This document shows positions 45,472 to 56,067 of a DNA stretch of 64,000 nucleotides, in pieces. The translations under genes were made by a program, and so were the position numbers. Within the stretch, counting starts at the first letter, position 1. The number at the start of each line of letters is the position of its first letter. The stretch lies in NCBI GenBank assembly GCA_041483195.1, contig JBGPFC010000018.1, forward strand, positions 1-64,000. Direction: 5' to 3'. The notes under the pieces are model-generated. The model did not search any database and was not told the DNA's origin. It saw only the letters and a list, made by a program, of their open reading frames with translations. Source of the DNA: Candidatus Eiseniibacteriota bacterium. GTDB taxonomy: Bacteria; Eisenbacteria; RBG-16-71-46.

Positions 45472-45579
45472 CGCCGGAGTGTAGCCGGATCCGCCGGGAT
45501 GCGCGCGCGGACGCGCTCGGGTAATCTCGCCCGCGACTCTCGCGGACCCCACGCCACGCGCGTACCGGAGGAAGCCGTC

Positions 45580-48500
45580 ATGCATTCACGAAGGCACCTG
45601 CTCTCGCTGATGGTTGCCATGACTCCATTGCTCATGTGCGCGGGTCCCGCGCACGCCGCGGCGCGCGCCGCGGGCGAACACGCCGCGCCCGCGCACCGGC
45701 CCGCCGCCACGGCGCACGAACATGCCGCCGCCCCCCACGCGCGCGGCGCGCTCGATCCGACCGATCCGCTGCTGCTGCGCGGCCTCGAGTGGCGCAGCAT
45801 CGGCCCGTACCGTGGCGGGCGCGTCACGGCGGTCACGGGGGTCGATGGCAATCGCGGGACCTATTATTTCGGCGGCACCGGCGGCGGCATCTGGAAATCG
45901 GTGGACGGCGGTTCGAGCTGGAAGAACGTCGCCGACGGTCAGATCGGCACCGGATCGGTGGGCGCGATCACGGCGGCGGCATCCGATCCCAACGTGGTCT
46001 ACGCCGGGATGGGCGAGGCCTGCATTCGCGGCAACGTGTCGCACGGCGACGGCGTCTATCGCTCGACCGACGCGGGCAGGACCTGGAAGCACGTGGGCCT
46101 CGGCGATTCGCGGCAGATCGGAGCCATCGTGGTGCACCCGCACGATCCCGATCTGGTGTACGTCGCGGCGCTCGGCCACACCTTCGGGCCCAATCACGAG
46201 CGCGGCGTGTTTCGCTCGCGCGACGGCGGGGCGACCTGGAAGAACGTGCTGTTCGTGAACGACAGCACCGGCGCGGTGGACATCGTGATGGCGCCGGGCA
46301 ACCCGCGCATTCTCTACGCCACCTTCTGGCAGGTGGAGCGCACGCCGTGGAGCCTGCTGAGCGGCGGCCGTGGCAGCGCGCTCTACAAGTCGGTGGACGG
46401 CGGCGACTCGTGGACGAGGATCACCGGCCCGGGGCTCCCGGCCGGCATCTGGGGCCGGGTCGGCGTGACGGTCTCCGCAGCGAACCCCGATCGGGTGTGG
46501 GCGATCGTCGAGGCCGATCAGGGCGGCGTGTTTCGATCGGACGACGCGGGGCGCACCTGGGCGAAGACGAACGACGAGCGCACCCTGCGCCAGCGCGCGT
46601 GGTACTACACGCACATCTACGCAGACCCGAAGAGCGCCGACGTGGTGTACGTGCTCAACGTGCAGTTCTTCCGCTCGAAGGACGGCGGCAAGAGCTTCGA
46701 GCGCATCGGCGTTCCGCACGGCGACAACCACGACCTGTGGATCGATCCCGACGATCCGCGCCGCATGATCGAGAGCAACGACGGCGGCGTGTTCGTGTCG
46801 CTCGATGGCGGCGCGTCGTGGACCGACAACGACAACCAGGCGACCGCCCAGTTCTATCACGTGATCGCGGACGACCAGTTCCCATACCACCTCTACGGCG
46901 CGCAGCAGGACAACTCGACGGTCGAGATCGCGAGCCGCACGCGGGACGCGGGGATCGGCACCCGTGACTGGCACGACGTGGGCGGATGCGAGAGCGGATT
47001 CATCGCGCCCAAGCCCGGCAACCCGGACATCGCGTACGCCGGATGCTACGACGGCTACATTGGCCGCCACGACAACCGCACCGGCGAGGAGCGCGACGTT
47101 TCGGTGTACCCCGACAACCCGATGGGGTACGGCGCGGAGGGCATGAAGTATCGCTTCCAGTGGACGTTCCCGATCGTCGCCTCGCGACACGACCCGAACA
47201 CGCTCTACGCCGGCGGCAACATCCTGTTCCGCTCGACCAACGAGGGACAGAGCTGGGAGGCGATCAGCCCCGACCTCACGCGCAACGATCCGAGCAAGCT
47301 CGGGCCATCGGGCGGACCGATCACCAAGGACAACACCAGCGTCGAGTACTACTGCACCATCTTCGCGATGGCCGAGTCGCGGCTCGAGAAGGACGTGCTG
47401 TGGACCGGCTCCGACGACGGGCTGGTGCACGTCACGCGCGACGGCGGAAAGCACTGGGCGAACGTGACGCCGAAGGATCTGCCCGCCTGGAGCATGATCA
47501 GCCAGATCGACGCTTCGCCGCACCACGCCGGAACGGCTTACGTCGCGGCCAATCGCTACAAGCTCGACGACTATCGCCCGTACGCCTACGTCACGAACGA
47601 CTACGGCAAGTCGTGGCGCCGGATCACGAACGGGCTCCCCGAGAACGCGTTCGTGCGCGTGGTGCGCGAGGATCCGGTGCGCGAAGACCTGCTGTTCTGC
47701 GGCACCGAGACCGGCGCCTATTACTCGCTCGACGGCGGCGGCCGCTGGTGGCCGCTGCGTCTCAACGCGCCGGGCGCGGGAGACGCCATTCGCACCGCCG
47801 CAACGCGCGCGGTCGCGCTCGCGCGTCCCGACGACGCGGCGAAGACGGCGGCCGAGGAGCCGCGCGGGCTGCTGCCCGTGGTGCCGGTGACCGATCTCAT
47901 CGTGAAGGACAACGACATCGCGGTCTCGACCCAGGGCCGCTCGTTCTGGATCCTCGACGACATCGCGCCGCTGCGCCAGCTCGGGCCCGCGGTCGCCGCC
48001 GACGATGCGCACCTGTTCGCGCCCTCCCCCGCCTACCTGTTCGGCGGACCGCCGGGTGGCCCCGGGCAGAATCCTCCGAGCGGCGCTTTCGTGTACTACA
48101 CGCTGAAGCGCGAGCCGAAGGAGAAGGAAGAGATCACGCTCGAGTTCCTCGATGCGTCCGGCAAGCTGATCCGCAAAATCTCGAGCAAGGCGGACGAGAA
48201 CGCGGGCGGCCCGGGGGCTGGCGCGCCCGGCGGCGAGGGCGGAGACGAAGGCCCCCGCGTGCCGCCGCCGCCCAGGGCTCCGGCGCGCGCCGGCCTCAAC
48301 CGATTCGCCTGGAATCTGCGCGAGCCCGACGCGACCCGCTTCAAGGGTCTCATCATGTGGGGCGGCGGCGTGACCGGCCCCGAGGTCGTGCCCGGCCACT
48401 ATCAGGTGCGGATCACGGCGTTCGGAACGACGCAGACCCAGGGCTTCGACGTGCGCAAGGACCCGCGCGTCGCGGCGACCGCCGCCGACTACCAGAAGAA

Positions 48501-48960
48501 GCACGACTTCCTCGCGCAGATTCGCGACCGGCTCACCGACGCGCACGACGCGATCGTTCGCATTCGCGACGTGCGCGATCAGGCGAAGTCGGCCGCCGAG
48601 CGGGCCGGGGCGAGCGACCCCGACTCGAGCATCGCGCGCGCGGCGCGCAAGCTATCGGAGAAGCTGACCGCGGTCGAGGAGGCGCTCTACCAGACCAAGA
48701 ACAAGAGCGGCCAGGACCCGCTCAACTATCCGATCCGGCTCAACAACAAGCTCGCCGCGCTCGCGGGCACCGTGGACGGCGTGAACGCCCCGCCCACCGA
48801 TCAGGCGTACGAGGTGTATCGCGACCTGAACGGGCGGACCGAGGCCGAGCTGAGCCAGCTGAAGGAGATCCTCGCGACCGATCTGGTCGCGTTCAACCAG
48901 CTGGTGCGCGACAAGCAGGTGCCGGCGGTGGTGGTGAAGGAGAAGAAGGCGGCGAAGTAG
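45580..48960 (+). CDS. Secreted BNR/Asp-box (VPS10/sialidase-like) glycosyl hydrolase
   Basis: WRSIGPYRGGRV, many S.DGG.TW Asp-boxes, HGDNH; GGAGG SD. Confidence 0.9.
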   Translation: MHSRRHLLSLMVAMTPLLMCAGPAHAAARAAGEHAAPAHRPAATAHEHAAAPHARGALDPTDPLLLRGLEWRSIGPYRGGRVTAVTGVDGNRGTYYFGGTGGGIWKSVDGGSSWKNVADGQIGTGSVGAITAAASDPNVVYAGMGEACIRGNVSHGDGVYRSTDAGRTWKHVGLGDSRQIGAIVVHPHDPDLVYVAALGHTFGPNHERGVFRSRDGGATWKNVLFVNDSTGAVDIVMAPGNPRILYATFWQVERTPWSLLSGGRGSALYKSVDGGDSWTRITGPGLPAGIWGRVGVTVSAANPDRVWAIVEADQGGVFRSDDAGRTWAKTNDERTLRQRAWYYTHIYADPKSADVVYVLNVQFFRSKDGGKSFERIGVPHGDNHDLWIDPDDPRRMIESNDGGVFVSLDGGASWTDNDNQATAQFYHVIADDQFPYHLYGAQQDNSTVEIASRTRDAGIGTRDWHDVGGCESGFIAPKPGNPDIAYAGCYDGYIGRHDNRTGEERDVSVYPDNPMGYGAEGMKYRFQWTFPIVASRHDPNTLYAGGNILFRSTNEGQSWEAISPDLTRNDPSKLGPSGGPITKDNTSVEYYCTIFAMAESRLEKDVLWTGSDDGLVHVTRDGGKHWANVTPKDLPAWSMISQIDASPHHAGTAYVAANRYKLDDYRPYAYVTNDYGKSWRRITNGLPENAFVRVVREDPVREDLLFCGTETGAYYSLDGGGRWWPLRLNAPGAGDAIRTAATRAVALARPDDAAKTAAEEPRGLLPVVPVTDLIVKDNDIAVSTQGRSFWILDDIAPLRQLGPAVAADDAHLFAPSPAYLFGGPPGGPGQNPPSGAFVYYTLKREPKEKEEITLEFLDASGKLIRKISSKADENAGGPGAGAPGGEGGDEGPRVPPPPRAPARAGLNRFAWNLREPDATRFKGLIMWGGGVTGPEVVPGHYQVRITAFGTTQTQGFDVRKDPRVAATAADYQKKHDFLAQIRDRLTDAHDAIVRIRDVRDQAKSAAERAGASDPDSSIARAARKLSEKLTAVEEALYQTKNKSGQDPLNYPIRLNNKLAALAGTVDGVNAPPTDQAYEVYRDLNGRTEAELSQLKEILATDLVAFNQLVRDKQVPAVVVKEKKAAK

Positions 48961-48966
48961 GCGCGC

Positions 48967-49803
48967 CTACAGCATCGCGCGGTCGAGCAGGAAGTCGAGC
49001 ACCATGCGGTTGACCAGGTAGGTGCGCTCGAAGATCACGCTGTGGGTCGCGCCCGGCACGATGCGCATGTGCGCGCCGGGAATCGCGCGGGAGAGCGCCT
49101 CGGTGTGCGCGAGCCGCACGATGTCGTGCTCACCCGCGACGATCAGGGTGCGCGCGCGGATCGAGCCCAGCTCCTCGGGCGTGAAGCGAGGCTGCGTGCG
49201 CCACATCGCGAGGATCTTGCTCATCGCCGTCTCGTAGTGCGCGGGATCGGGCGCGACGCTCTGGTACGCGGACTCGGTGGCCGAGCCGAAGCTCGACGCG
49301 TTCGCGCCGTTCATCCACTCCTCGAAATCGTCCGTGTAGCCGTCTGGCGCGAAGTTGGCCCCGAACGTCACGAGGTGCTTCACGCGCTCCGGGTGGTGGA
49401 TCGCGAGGTCCAGCCCGACGTCGCCCCCGTCGCTCCAGCCCACGACGTCGGCGCGGACGACGTGGAGGTTGCTCATCAGCGCGAACAGGTCCTCGGCCAT
49501 GGCGTGATAGCTGAGCGGGCCGGGCCCGTCGGTGGTGCGGCCCTGCGCGCGTGCGTCGGGCACGATCACGTGGAAGTATTTCGAGAACACCGGCACCTGG
49601 TGGGCGAACTGGGTTCCGTCGCCCCCGCCGCCGTGGAGGAGGAACAGCGCCTGGCCGTGCCCGCTCGACTCGTAGTACATGCGGATGCCGTTCACGCGCG
49701 CGTAGTGGGCGCGCGCGCTGAAACCGGAGCACGCGAGGGTGAGCGCCGCCGCCGCGGCCACCGCGACCGCGAGCGCACCGGCACGGGCGCGAACAGCGAT
49801 CAG
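48967..49803 (-). CDS. Alpha/beta hydrolase (lipoprotein), probable CTG start
   Basis: LHGG, GWSDGG nucleophile elbow, GEHD, PGATH; LTLAC lipobox. Confidence 0.85.
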   Translation of the reverse strand: MIAVRARAGALAVAVAAAAALTLACSGFSARAHYARVNGIRMYYESSGHGQALFLLHGGGGDGTQFAHQVPVFSKYFHVIVPDARAQGRTTDGPGPLSYHAMAEDLFALMSNLHVVRADVVGWSDGGDVGLDLAIHHPERVKHLVTFGANFAPDGYTDDFEEWMNGANASSFGSATESAYQSVAPDPAHYETAMSKILAMWRTQPRFTPEELGSIRARTLIVAGEHDIVRLAHTEALSRAIPGAHMRIVPGATHSVIFERTYLVNRMVLDFLLDRAML

Positions 49804-51050
49804 CTGCGCTCCTCCCAGATGCGGGCGAGGTGAACGACCGTCTCGACCGCCTTCTCCATGTCCTGGACCGAGACCCATTCGAGCCGCGAATGGAAGTTGT
49901 GCCCGCCCGCGAAGATGTTCGGGGTGGGCAGGCCCATCTCGGAGAGCCGCGAGCCGTCGGTGCCGCCTCGCACCTTGGTGTCGGTCGGGGTGAGCCCGGC
50001 GCGGCGGATCGCCTCGCGCGCGTACTCGACAACTTGCGGGACGCGGTCGAGCACCTCCTTGAGATTGCGGTAGGAGTTCTCGACCTCGAACGACGCCGTG
50101 GCGCCCGGCCAGGCCGCGACCGTCTCGCGAGCGAGCGTCTCGAGGAACGATTCCTTCTCGCGCAGCTTCGCCGTGTCGAAATCGCGGATCAGGAACCGCA
50201 CGCGGGTGCGGTCCACCGACGCGTCGACCACGTAGGGATGGAAGAATCCCTCCTTGCCGGCGGTGGTCTCCGGCGAGAGCTTGTCCTTGGGCAGTCGCTG
50301 GATGAAGTCCGCCGCGATCTTGATCGAGTTGATCATCATCCCCTTCGCGTAGCCCGGATGGCTGTTGAATCCCTGGAAGGTGACGGTCCAGGCGTCGGCC
50401 GAGAAGGTCTCGACGTCCACGTGGGCGCACGCCTCGCCGTCGAGCGTGTACGCGAACGCCGCGCCGAACTTCGCGAGGTCGAAGTGGAGCACGCCGGTGC
50501 CGACCTCTTCGTCGGGCGTGAAGCCGATGCGGATCGGGCCGTGCGCGATCTCGGGATGCTGCATCAGGTACTCGGCCGCCGCCATGATCTCGGCCACCCC
50601 GGCCTTGTCGTCGGCCCCGAGCAGCGTGCCGCCCGATGCGGTGATGAGGTCGTGGCCCACGTATTCGCGCAGCGCGGGAATCTCGGACGGGCGCAGCACG
50701 GCGGTGCGATCGTCGGGGAGCGCGATCTCACCGCCGCGATAGTCGCGGTGCACGATCGGCTTCACGTCCGTGCCGCTCGATTCGGGCGAGGTGTCCACGT
50801 GGGCGACCAGCCCGATCACCGGCACCTTCTTCTTGGTCGTCGCCGGGATGGTCGCCATCACGTAGCCGTGCTCGTCGCGCGTCGCGTCGGCGAGCCCCAG
50901 CTCGCGCAGCTCCTCCGCCAGCCGGTCGAGCAGCACCAGCTGCTTGAGCGTGCTCGGATAGGTCTCGGAGTTCTCGCTCGATTGCGTGTCGCAGGTGACG
51001 TAGTAGAGGAAGCGTTCGACGACGCTGGTCTTCATGGCGGTCTCGGGCAT
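49800..51050 (-). CDS. pepT: Peptidase T (tripeptide aminopeptidase, M20)
   Basis: AHVDTS, LGADDKAG, FTPDEEVG, HPGYAKG, RGGTDG, NFHS. Confidence 0.95.
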   Translation of the reverse strand: MPETAMKTSVVERFLYYVTCDTQSSENSETYPSTLKQLVLLDRLAEELRELGLADATRDEHGYVMATIPATTKKKVPVIGLVAHVDTSPESSGTDVKPIVHRDYRGGEIALPDDRTAVLRPSEIPALREYVGHDLITASGGTLLGADDKAGVAEIMAAAEYLMQHPEIAHGPIRIGFTPDEEVGTGVLHFDLAKFGAAFAYTLDGEACAHVDVETFSADAWTVTFQGFNSHPGYAKGMMINSIKIAADFIQRLPKDKLSPETTAGKEGFFHPYVVDASVDRTRVRFLIRDFDTAKLREKESFLETLARETVAAWPGATASFEVENSYRNLKEVLDRVPQVVEYAREAIRRAGLTPTDTKVRGGTDGSRLSEMGLPTPNIFAGGHNFHSRLEWVSVQDMEKAVETVVHLARIWEERS

Positions 51051-51315
51051 GGCGGGCTCCGGCGGATGGTGTCGGGTAGGTGCGGGCGCGAACAGGAGAC
51101 GCTAGCGCGGCGCGGGGGCGGGTGTAAAGGCGGGGGTACGCGCGTTCCGGTCCGCCCGATGGCGCGCCACCCGCGGACGAGATCGAGATCGGCGGGGCCG
51201 CACATCAGGATTGACGGGCGGGGGAATAAGGGGCAAAGGTGATGACGAGTTCCAGTCCGCGGACGCCGAAACGATTCGTGCCGCGAAGATCCGGGCACCC
51301 GAGTGAGGAGCCGAG

Positions 51316-51600
51316 ATGCACATCCTTCGTATCGAACACCCCGTTCCCAATTTCGACGGCTGGAAGAAGGCCTTCGACAGCGATCCCGTCGGGCGGGAGA
51401 AGTCGGGCGTGCGCCGCTACCGGGTCCTGCGACCGATCGACGACCCGAACTACGTCATGATCGATCTCGAGTTCGACACCCTTCGTGAGGCCGAGGCCTT
51501 GCTGGCCGCGATGCGGGTCGTGTGGGGCCGAGTCGAGGGCAAGGTCATGACGAGCCCGAAGGTCCGCATCGTCGAGGCGGCGGAAACCAGAGAGTACTGA
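51316..51600 (+). CDS. Small hypothetical protein (dimeric alpha/beta barrel-like)
   Basis: GAGGAG SD; LRIEHPVPNFDGWKKAFDSDP...DPNYVMIDLEFD. Confidence 0.8.
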   Translation: MHILRIEHPVPNFDGWKKAFDSDPVGREKSGVRRYRVLRPIDDPNYVMIDLEFDTLREAEALLAAMRVVWGRVEGKVMTSPKVRIVEAAETREY

Positions 51601-51616
51601 GCGCGAGGAGGATCAC

Positions 51617-52147
51617 GTGAGCCCATCCGCCAAGTCCGCATCCGCGGAATCGCCCGCCAGGCAGCTCGCGGGCTTCATCGACAAGTACGACCCGGCGGTC
51701 GCCAGGCTCGCGCGCTCCACTCGCGCCGCGCTTCGCAAGCGACTGCCGAACGCGATCGAGCTGGTCTACGACAACTACCAGTTCCTGGCCCTCGGCTTCT
51801 CCACGACGGAGCGCGCGTCGGATTGCATCGTCTCGCTGGCCGTCTCGCCGAAGGGCGTCGCGCTCTCGTTCTACTTCGGGGCGACTTTGCCGGACCCCCA
51901 CAAGATCTTGCTGGGCGGCGGGAATCAAAATCGGTTCGTTCGTCTCGAATCGGCCGCGACGCTGGCCAGGCCAGCGGTTGAGGCATTGCTCAAGGCGGCG
52001 ATTGCCCAGGGCAAGACGCCGCTGCCGGCCACGGCGCGAGGCTACACGATCATCAAGTCGGTCTCGGCCAAACAGCGCCCGCGTCGCGCGTCCGAGGCCC
52101 GGAATGAGGTCCGGTCGCAGCGCACGCGCTCCGCGGGCCGAGGATGA
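51617..52147 (+). CDS. DUF1801/YdhG-like protein
   Basis: AIELVYDNY...F.FGATLPDPHKILLGGG; GAGGAGG SD. Confidence 0.75.
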   Translation: MSPSAKSASAESPARQLAGFIDKYDPAVARLARSTRAALRKRLPNAIELVYDNYQFLALGFSTTERASDCIVSLAVSPKGVALSFYFGATLPDPHKILLGGGNQNRFVRLESAATLARPAVEALLKAAIAQGKTPLPATARGYTIIKSVSAKQRPRRASEARNEVRSQRTRSAGRG

Positions 52148-52207
52148 CACGATGTCTCTGAAGATCGGCTTGCTAGGGCGGTCTCAGCTCGACGGCGTGA
52201 ATGTGGA

Positions 52208-52423
52208 GTGAACATGCGACAGACAATCGGAACAGGGCGTCTCATGGGGAGCCAGGTCGGCCTGGCAACGCTGCTCCTGGTAGGCGTGCTGGCGATCGCC
52301 TACGGCTATCTCCACCCGAACAAGATTGCGTTCTACGCCGGGTTGTTCCTGACGCTGGGCGGTGTCATCACGGGAGTGGTCCGCATCGTGGCGGGTGGCG
52401 GGGGTGGAAAGCCCGGCGCCTGA
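52208..52423 (+). CDS. Small 2-TM hypothetical protein
   Basis: 71 aa, two hydrophobic helices. Confidence 0.6.
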   Translation: MNMRQTIGTGRLMGSQVGLATLLLVGVLAIAYGYLHPNKIAFYAGLFLTLGGVITGVVRIVAGGGGGKPGA

Positions 52424-52478
52424 GCGGGCCGGCGTTCGACTGCTGAGACGCGATAGGCGGAGGAGGCAAGGGGAACCC

Positions 52479-53015
52479 ATGGCGGATCACACGCTCGCTC
52501 TGGTGCGCGCGCTGGCGTGCGCCGTCATTTACGCCGTGCTCTTCATCGGCTTCGTGCTCGTCTTCCTGCCCGGCGAGCTTCTCCAGTGGGCCGGCGTCAC
52601 CCGGCCCTCGATCGGCGGCCCGCCTCAGGTCGTCGGCGCCGCGCTCGTGGGCCTCGGCGGCGCTCTCGTGGTGTGGTGCGTCGGAACGTTTGCCTTTGTC
52701 GGACGCGGCACGCCGGCGCCTTTCGACCCGCCGCGGCGACTCGTGGTCAGAGGACCCTATCGGTTCGTGCGCAACCCCATGTATTGGGGCGCGGGACTCG
52801 CGCTCTTCGGCGCGGCGCTCGTCTATCGGTCGGTCGTGCTCGCTGGGTACGCCCTGCTCTTCTTCGGCGCGGCTCATGTGTTCGTGCGCTGGTACGAGGA
52901 GCCGACCCTTCGGCAATTGTTCGGCTCGGAGTACGAGGAGTACTGCCGGCGGACACGACGCTGGTGGCCCGTTCGGCCGGTGCGTCGCGAGGACGAGCGC
53001 CCCTCCCATCTGTGA
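52479..53015 (+). CDS. Isoprenylcysteine carboxyl methyltransferase/PEMT family membrane protein
   Basis: GRGTPAPFDPP, GPYRFVRNPMY, EEPTL...YEEY. Confidence 0.9.
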   Translation: MADHTLALVRALACAVIYAVLFIGFVLVFLPGELLQWAGVTRPSIGGPPQVVGAALVGLGGALVVWCVGTFAFVGRGTPAPFDPPRRLVVRGPYRFVRNPMYWGAGLALFGAALVYRSVVLAGYALLFFGAAHVFVRWYEEPTLRQLFGSEYEEYCRRTRRWWPVRPVRREDERPSHL

Positions 53016-53140
53016 AATCTACTCAAAGAATCGGGCGCGCCGCGCCGCCGCGCGATCACATCCGGTATGGTTTCGGGAGACGCACGCGACGGCCACGGTC
53101 GCCCGGGCGCGAGCGCGACGCGAACCGAGGAGGAGCACCG

Positions 53141-53668
53141 ATGCGTTGTCTGTCGAGACGGAGTGTGGTGATCGCGGTTGCGGCCATGATGGGATTGGCG
53201 GCCTGCTGCGCGGCTCAGTCGAACAGCGAGCCTAGAACTCGTTCGGTGGACAGCAAGCCCAACGTCATGCCGGTCAAGCGCGCCTCGCCTGAACCGGTCG
53301 CGCCGCCCTCACCCGGCGCGGGGAATCCGGCCCGCGAACAGATCAAGGTACTCGACGATCAGATCCGCGCGCTGCGCCAGGAGTTCAAGACCCAGGCCGA
53401 TCCGCTCGAGGCTCAGCTCAAGGCGTTGCGCGACAAGCTCGACTCCGATCTGAAACCACTCGAGGCCCAGCGTCACGATCTGATCGAGCAGGGCGAGTCT
53501 CCAAATCTGCGAACGCTCGATGAGGAAGAGACCAGCCAGCTCGCCGCGCTCGCCGACAAGGAGAAGGCGGAGATCGCGAAGATCCACGAGAGCTACGCCG
53601 AGCAGAGGAACGCGCTGAAGCAAGGCTTCGAGCAGCGGCGTCGCGAGCTGCGGGGCGGGAAGAAGTAA
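53141..53668 (+). CDS. Secreted coiled-coil hypothetical protein
   Basis: GAGGAGGAG SD; signal peptide; heptad-rich helical C-terminus. Confidence 0.75.
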   Translation: MRCLSRRSVVIAVAAMMGLAACCAAQSNSEPRTRSVDSKPNVMPVKRASPEPVAPPSPGAGNPAREQIKVLDDQIRALRQEFKTQADPLEAQLKALRDKLDSDLKPLEAQRHDLIEQGESPNLRTLDEEETSQLAALADKEKAEIAKIHESYAEQRNALKQGFEQRRRELRGGKK

Positions 53669-53957
53669 GGCGGGCTGCGGGCGCAAGTCCCTGGTGCGCC
53701 CGCTCTCATCGCTTTCGGATCGGTCCCGAGAGGCCTCCGCTCGCCATCCGAAGCGTGCCGGCGGTCGGCGCACCGCTGGCGAGATCGCAGGACGCGCGGC
53801 TCACATACGGCCGGAGCGCGCGCGGTCCTCGGCGAGAAATTTCGGAGATCGGAGGGCGGGCTGGCGGCGCGGCCGAACTTGTTCGGCGGCTCAGGGGTAT
53901 GAGCCGGCAGGGTCGCCGCCAGGCCGCCCCGCGCAGTCCCCTTGCTGAGAGGCGCCG

Positions 53958-55958
53958 ATGAGGAGTCGTTGGGTCTCACACCTCGTGCCCGGCCTCCTGA
54001 TGTGCGTCGCCGCGGGTGCGGGCGCGGCGCCGCCGCCCGATACGGCTTGGACGGCGGGCGGCATTCCGGTTTGCACGGCAGGTTCGACGCAGAGTGCGCC
54101 GGTCATGATTGCCGACGGCAGCGGCGGCGCCATCGTCGCGTGGGAAGACAACCGATTCGGTCTGTCCACGATCTTCACGCAGCGGCTGACGGGCGCGGGC
54201 ATCGTGGCGGCGGGCTGGCCCGACAGCGGATTGGCGGCGGCCACGACGGCTGGGTATGACCCGTCGATTGCCGCAGACGGCGCGGGCGGGGCTCTCCTGA
54301 TCTGGCGGGATGGAGAGCACGTCGTGTTCAAGCATCTCGGCTCGGACGGCCCGGTGTTTTCGAGCGCGGAGCTTTCGGCGCCAACGAGGATGACCGGCGC
54401 GGCCGGCGGGCTCGCCGCGAATAAGATCGATCTCAGGTTCACGCCGGTCGCGATATCGGATGGGGGTGGCGGAGCGTTCGTCGCCTGGCAGTACACCAAC
54501 TTCTTCCGTGGATACATCGAGATCCAGCGTGTGACCTCGGGAGGCTTCGCGGCGCCCGGGTGGCCGCAACCGAGGACAATCGGCTGGACATATTACGATG
54601 TGGTGCAGCCGCTGCTCAGTCCCGATGGCACGGGAGGCGTGCTTCTCTCCTGGCTGGATGACGCGGCGCACATGCGCATAGTGCGCATGACGGGTTCGGG
54701 GACCTTCGCGACCGGATGGGACACCCTCGGAGTCGTGATCTCGCCGTCTCCCAACACGCAAGACTCGCCGGGGATGGTGTCGGATGGCGCCGGGGGTGCG
54801 CTGCTCTTCTGGTCCGAAGCCCGCGGTGGGGGCGGTGCGCAGCTCTTCGCTCAGCACATCACCGGGGGCGGTGCGATCGCCGCGGGCTGGCCGGTGGCTG
54901 GACTTCTCGTGTGCGGACAGAACACCGCGGCGGGTCAGGTTAGAAATGGCGAGTGGCTGGCGACCTACACGTCAGTCGCTTCAGATGGTGCGGGCGGGGC
55001 CTTCGTCACATGGAGCGACCAGCGCGCCGACACGGGAGATGTCTACGCGCAGCACGTCCGGTCCGGTGGGTCCATCGCTCCGGGCTGGGCCGCCGACGGC
55101 GTGGCCGTGTGCACCGCAGCAGGGCTTCAGGGGCATCCGGATCTCGAAGCCGACGGTGAGGGAATCATCGTCGTGTGGGAGGACCAGCGCGCGGGTGGCG
55201 CACCCGACCTCTACGCGCAGCGCATCACGACGGCCGGGCTGGCGGATGCGCTGTGGCCGAAGAATGGAACCGCCGTGTGCTCCGAGCCGCACGACCAGCT
55301 TGTTCCGAGGATAGCTTCGGATGGTGCGCTCGGGGCCATCGTGGCCTGGGAGGACGATCGCGGGCCTGCGCCCCGGGTCTACGCAGGTCGAATCTTCGGC
55401 GACGGCCTGGTGGCCGTGGAGATGTCGCTGATCAGCGCCGAGGTCGGTGACGGGCTTGCGCGGCTCACGTGGTACGTCAACGCTCCGACCGGAACACCGG
55501 TGACGGTGGAGCGTCGAGCCGATGATCGGGAATGGGTGACGCTGGCGCGTGAGGCCGTGGACGCGAGCGGGCGGGTGATGTTCGAGGACAGGACCATCGT
55601 CGCAGGTGAGCGCTACGGTTACCGGATCGCCGCTCCCGACGCCGAGGGGCTCCGCTATTCGGCGGAGACGCTGCTCGAGATCCCATTGAACCCAACGCTC
55701 GACCTGTCGCGGATTATGCCCAATCCATCAGCGGGCGACGTCTCCATTCAGTTCACTCTGCCCGACGCCCGGCCTGCCCAACTCGAGATCATGGATGTCG
55801 TCGGCCGATTGTTGGAGAGACACGACGTCGCCTCGCTCGGGCCTGGACGGCACGTGCTGTCACGGAATGGCGAACGTGCCTTGCCCGCCGGCACTTATTT
55901 CGTACGACTTCGTCACGGATCGTCCACGCGGGTTCGTCGGTTCGCGATCGTGCGGTGA
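53958..55958 (+). CDS. Secreted DGxGG-repeat propeller protein with FlgD/T9SS-type C-terminal domain
   Basis: Signal peptide; 8 (S/A)DGxGGAxxxW repeats; PNPS...DVVGR...GTYFVRL. Confidence 0.85.
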   Translation: MRSRWVSHLVPGLLMCVAAGAGAAPPPDTAWTAGGIPVCTAGSTQSAPVMIADGSGGAIVAWEDNRFGLSTIFTQRLTGAGIVAAGWPDSGLAAATTAGYDPSIAADGAGGALLIWRDGEHVVFKHLGSDGPVFSSAELSAPTRMTGAAGGLAANKIDLRFTPVAISDGGGGAFVAWQYTNFFRGYIEIQRVTSGGFAAPGWPQPRTIGWTYYDVVQPLLSPDGTGGVLLSWLDDAAHMRIVRMTGSGTFATGWDTLGVVISPSPNTQDSPGMVSDGAGGALLFWSEARGGGGAQLFAQHITGGGAIAAGWPVAGLLVCGQNTAAGQVRNGEWLATYTSVASDGAGGAFVTWSDQRADTGDVYAQHVRSGGSIAPGWAADGVAVCTAAGLQGHPDLEADGEGIIVVWEDQRAGGAPDLYAQRITTAGLADALWPKNGTAVCSEPHDQLVPRIASDGALGAIVAWEDDRGPAPRVYAGRIFGDGLVAVEMSLISAEVGDGLARLTWYVNAPTGTPVTVERRADDREWVTLAREAVDASGRVMFEDRTIVAGERYGYRIAAPDAEGLRYSAETLLEIPLNPTLDLSRIMPNPSAGDVSIQFTLPDARPAQLEIMDVVGRLLERHDVASLGPGRHVLSRNGERALPAGTYFVRLRHGSSTRVRRFAIVR

Positions 55959-56067
55959 ACTGGGATGATCGTCGGTGACGGCGTGCTTCGTGTCGCGACC
56001 AGGCCGCGGACGGGCCACGGAATGAGCCATCGGCCCGTCGGGGCGCGCCCGAAAACTTGAGGACCCA

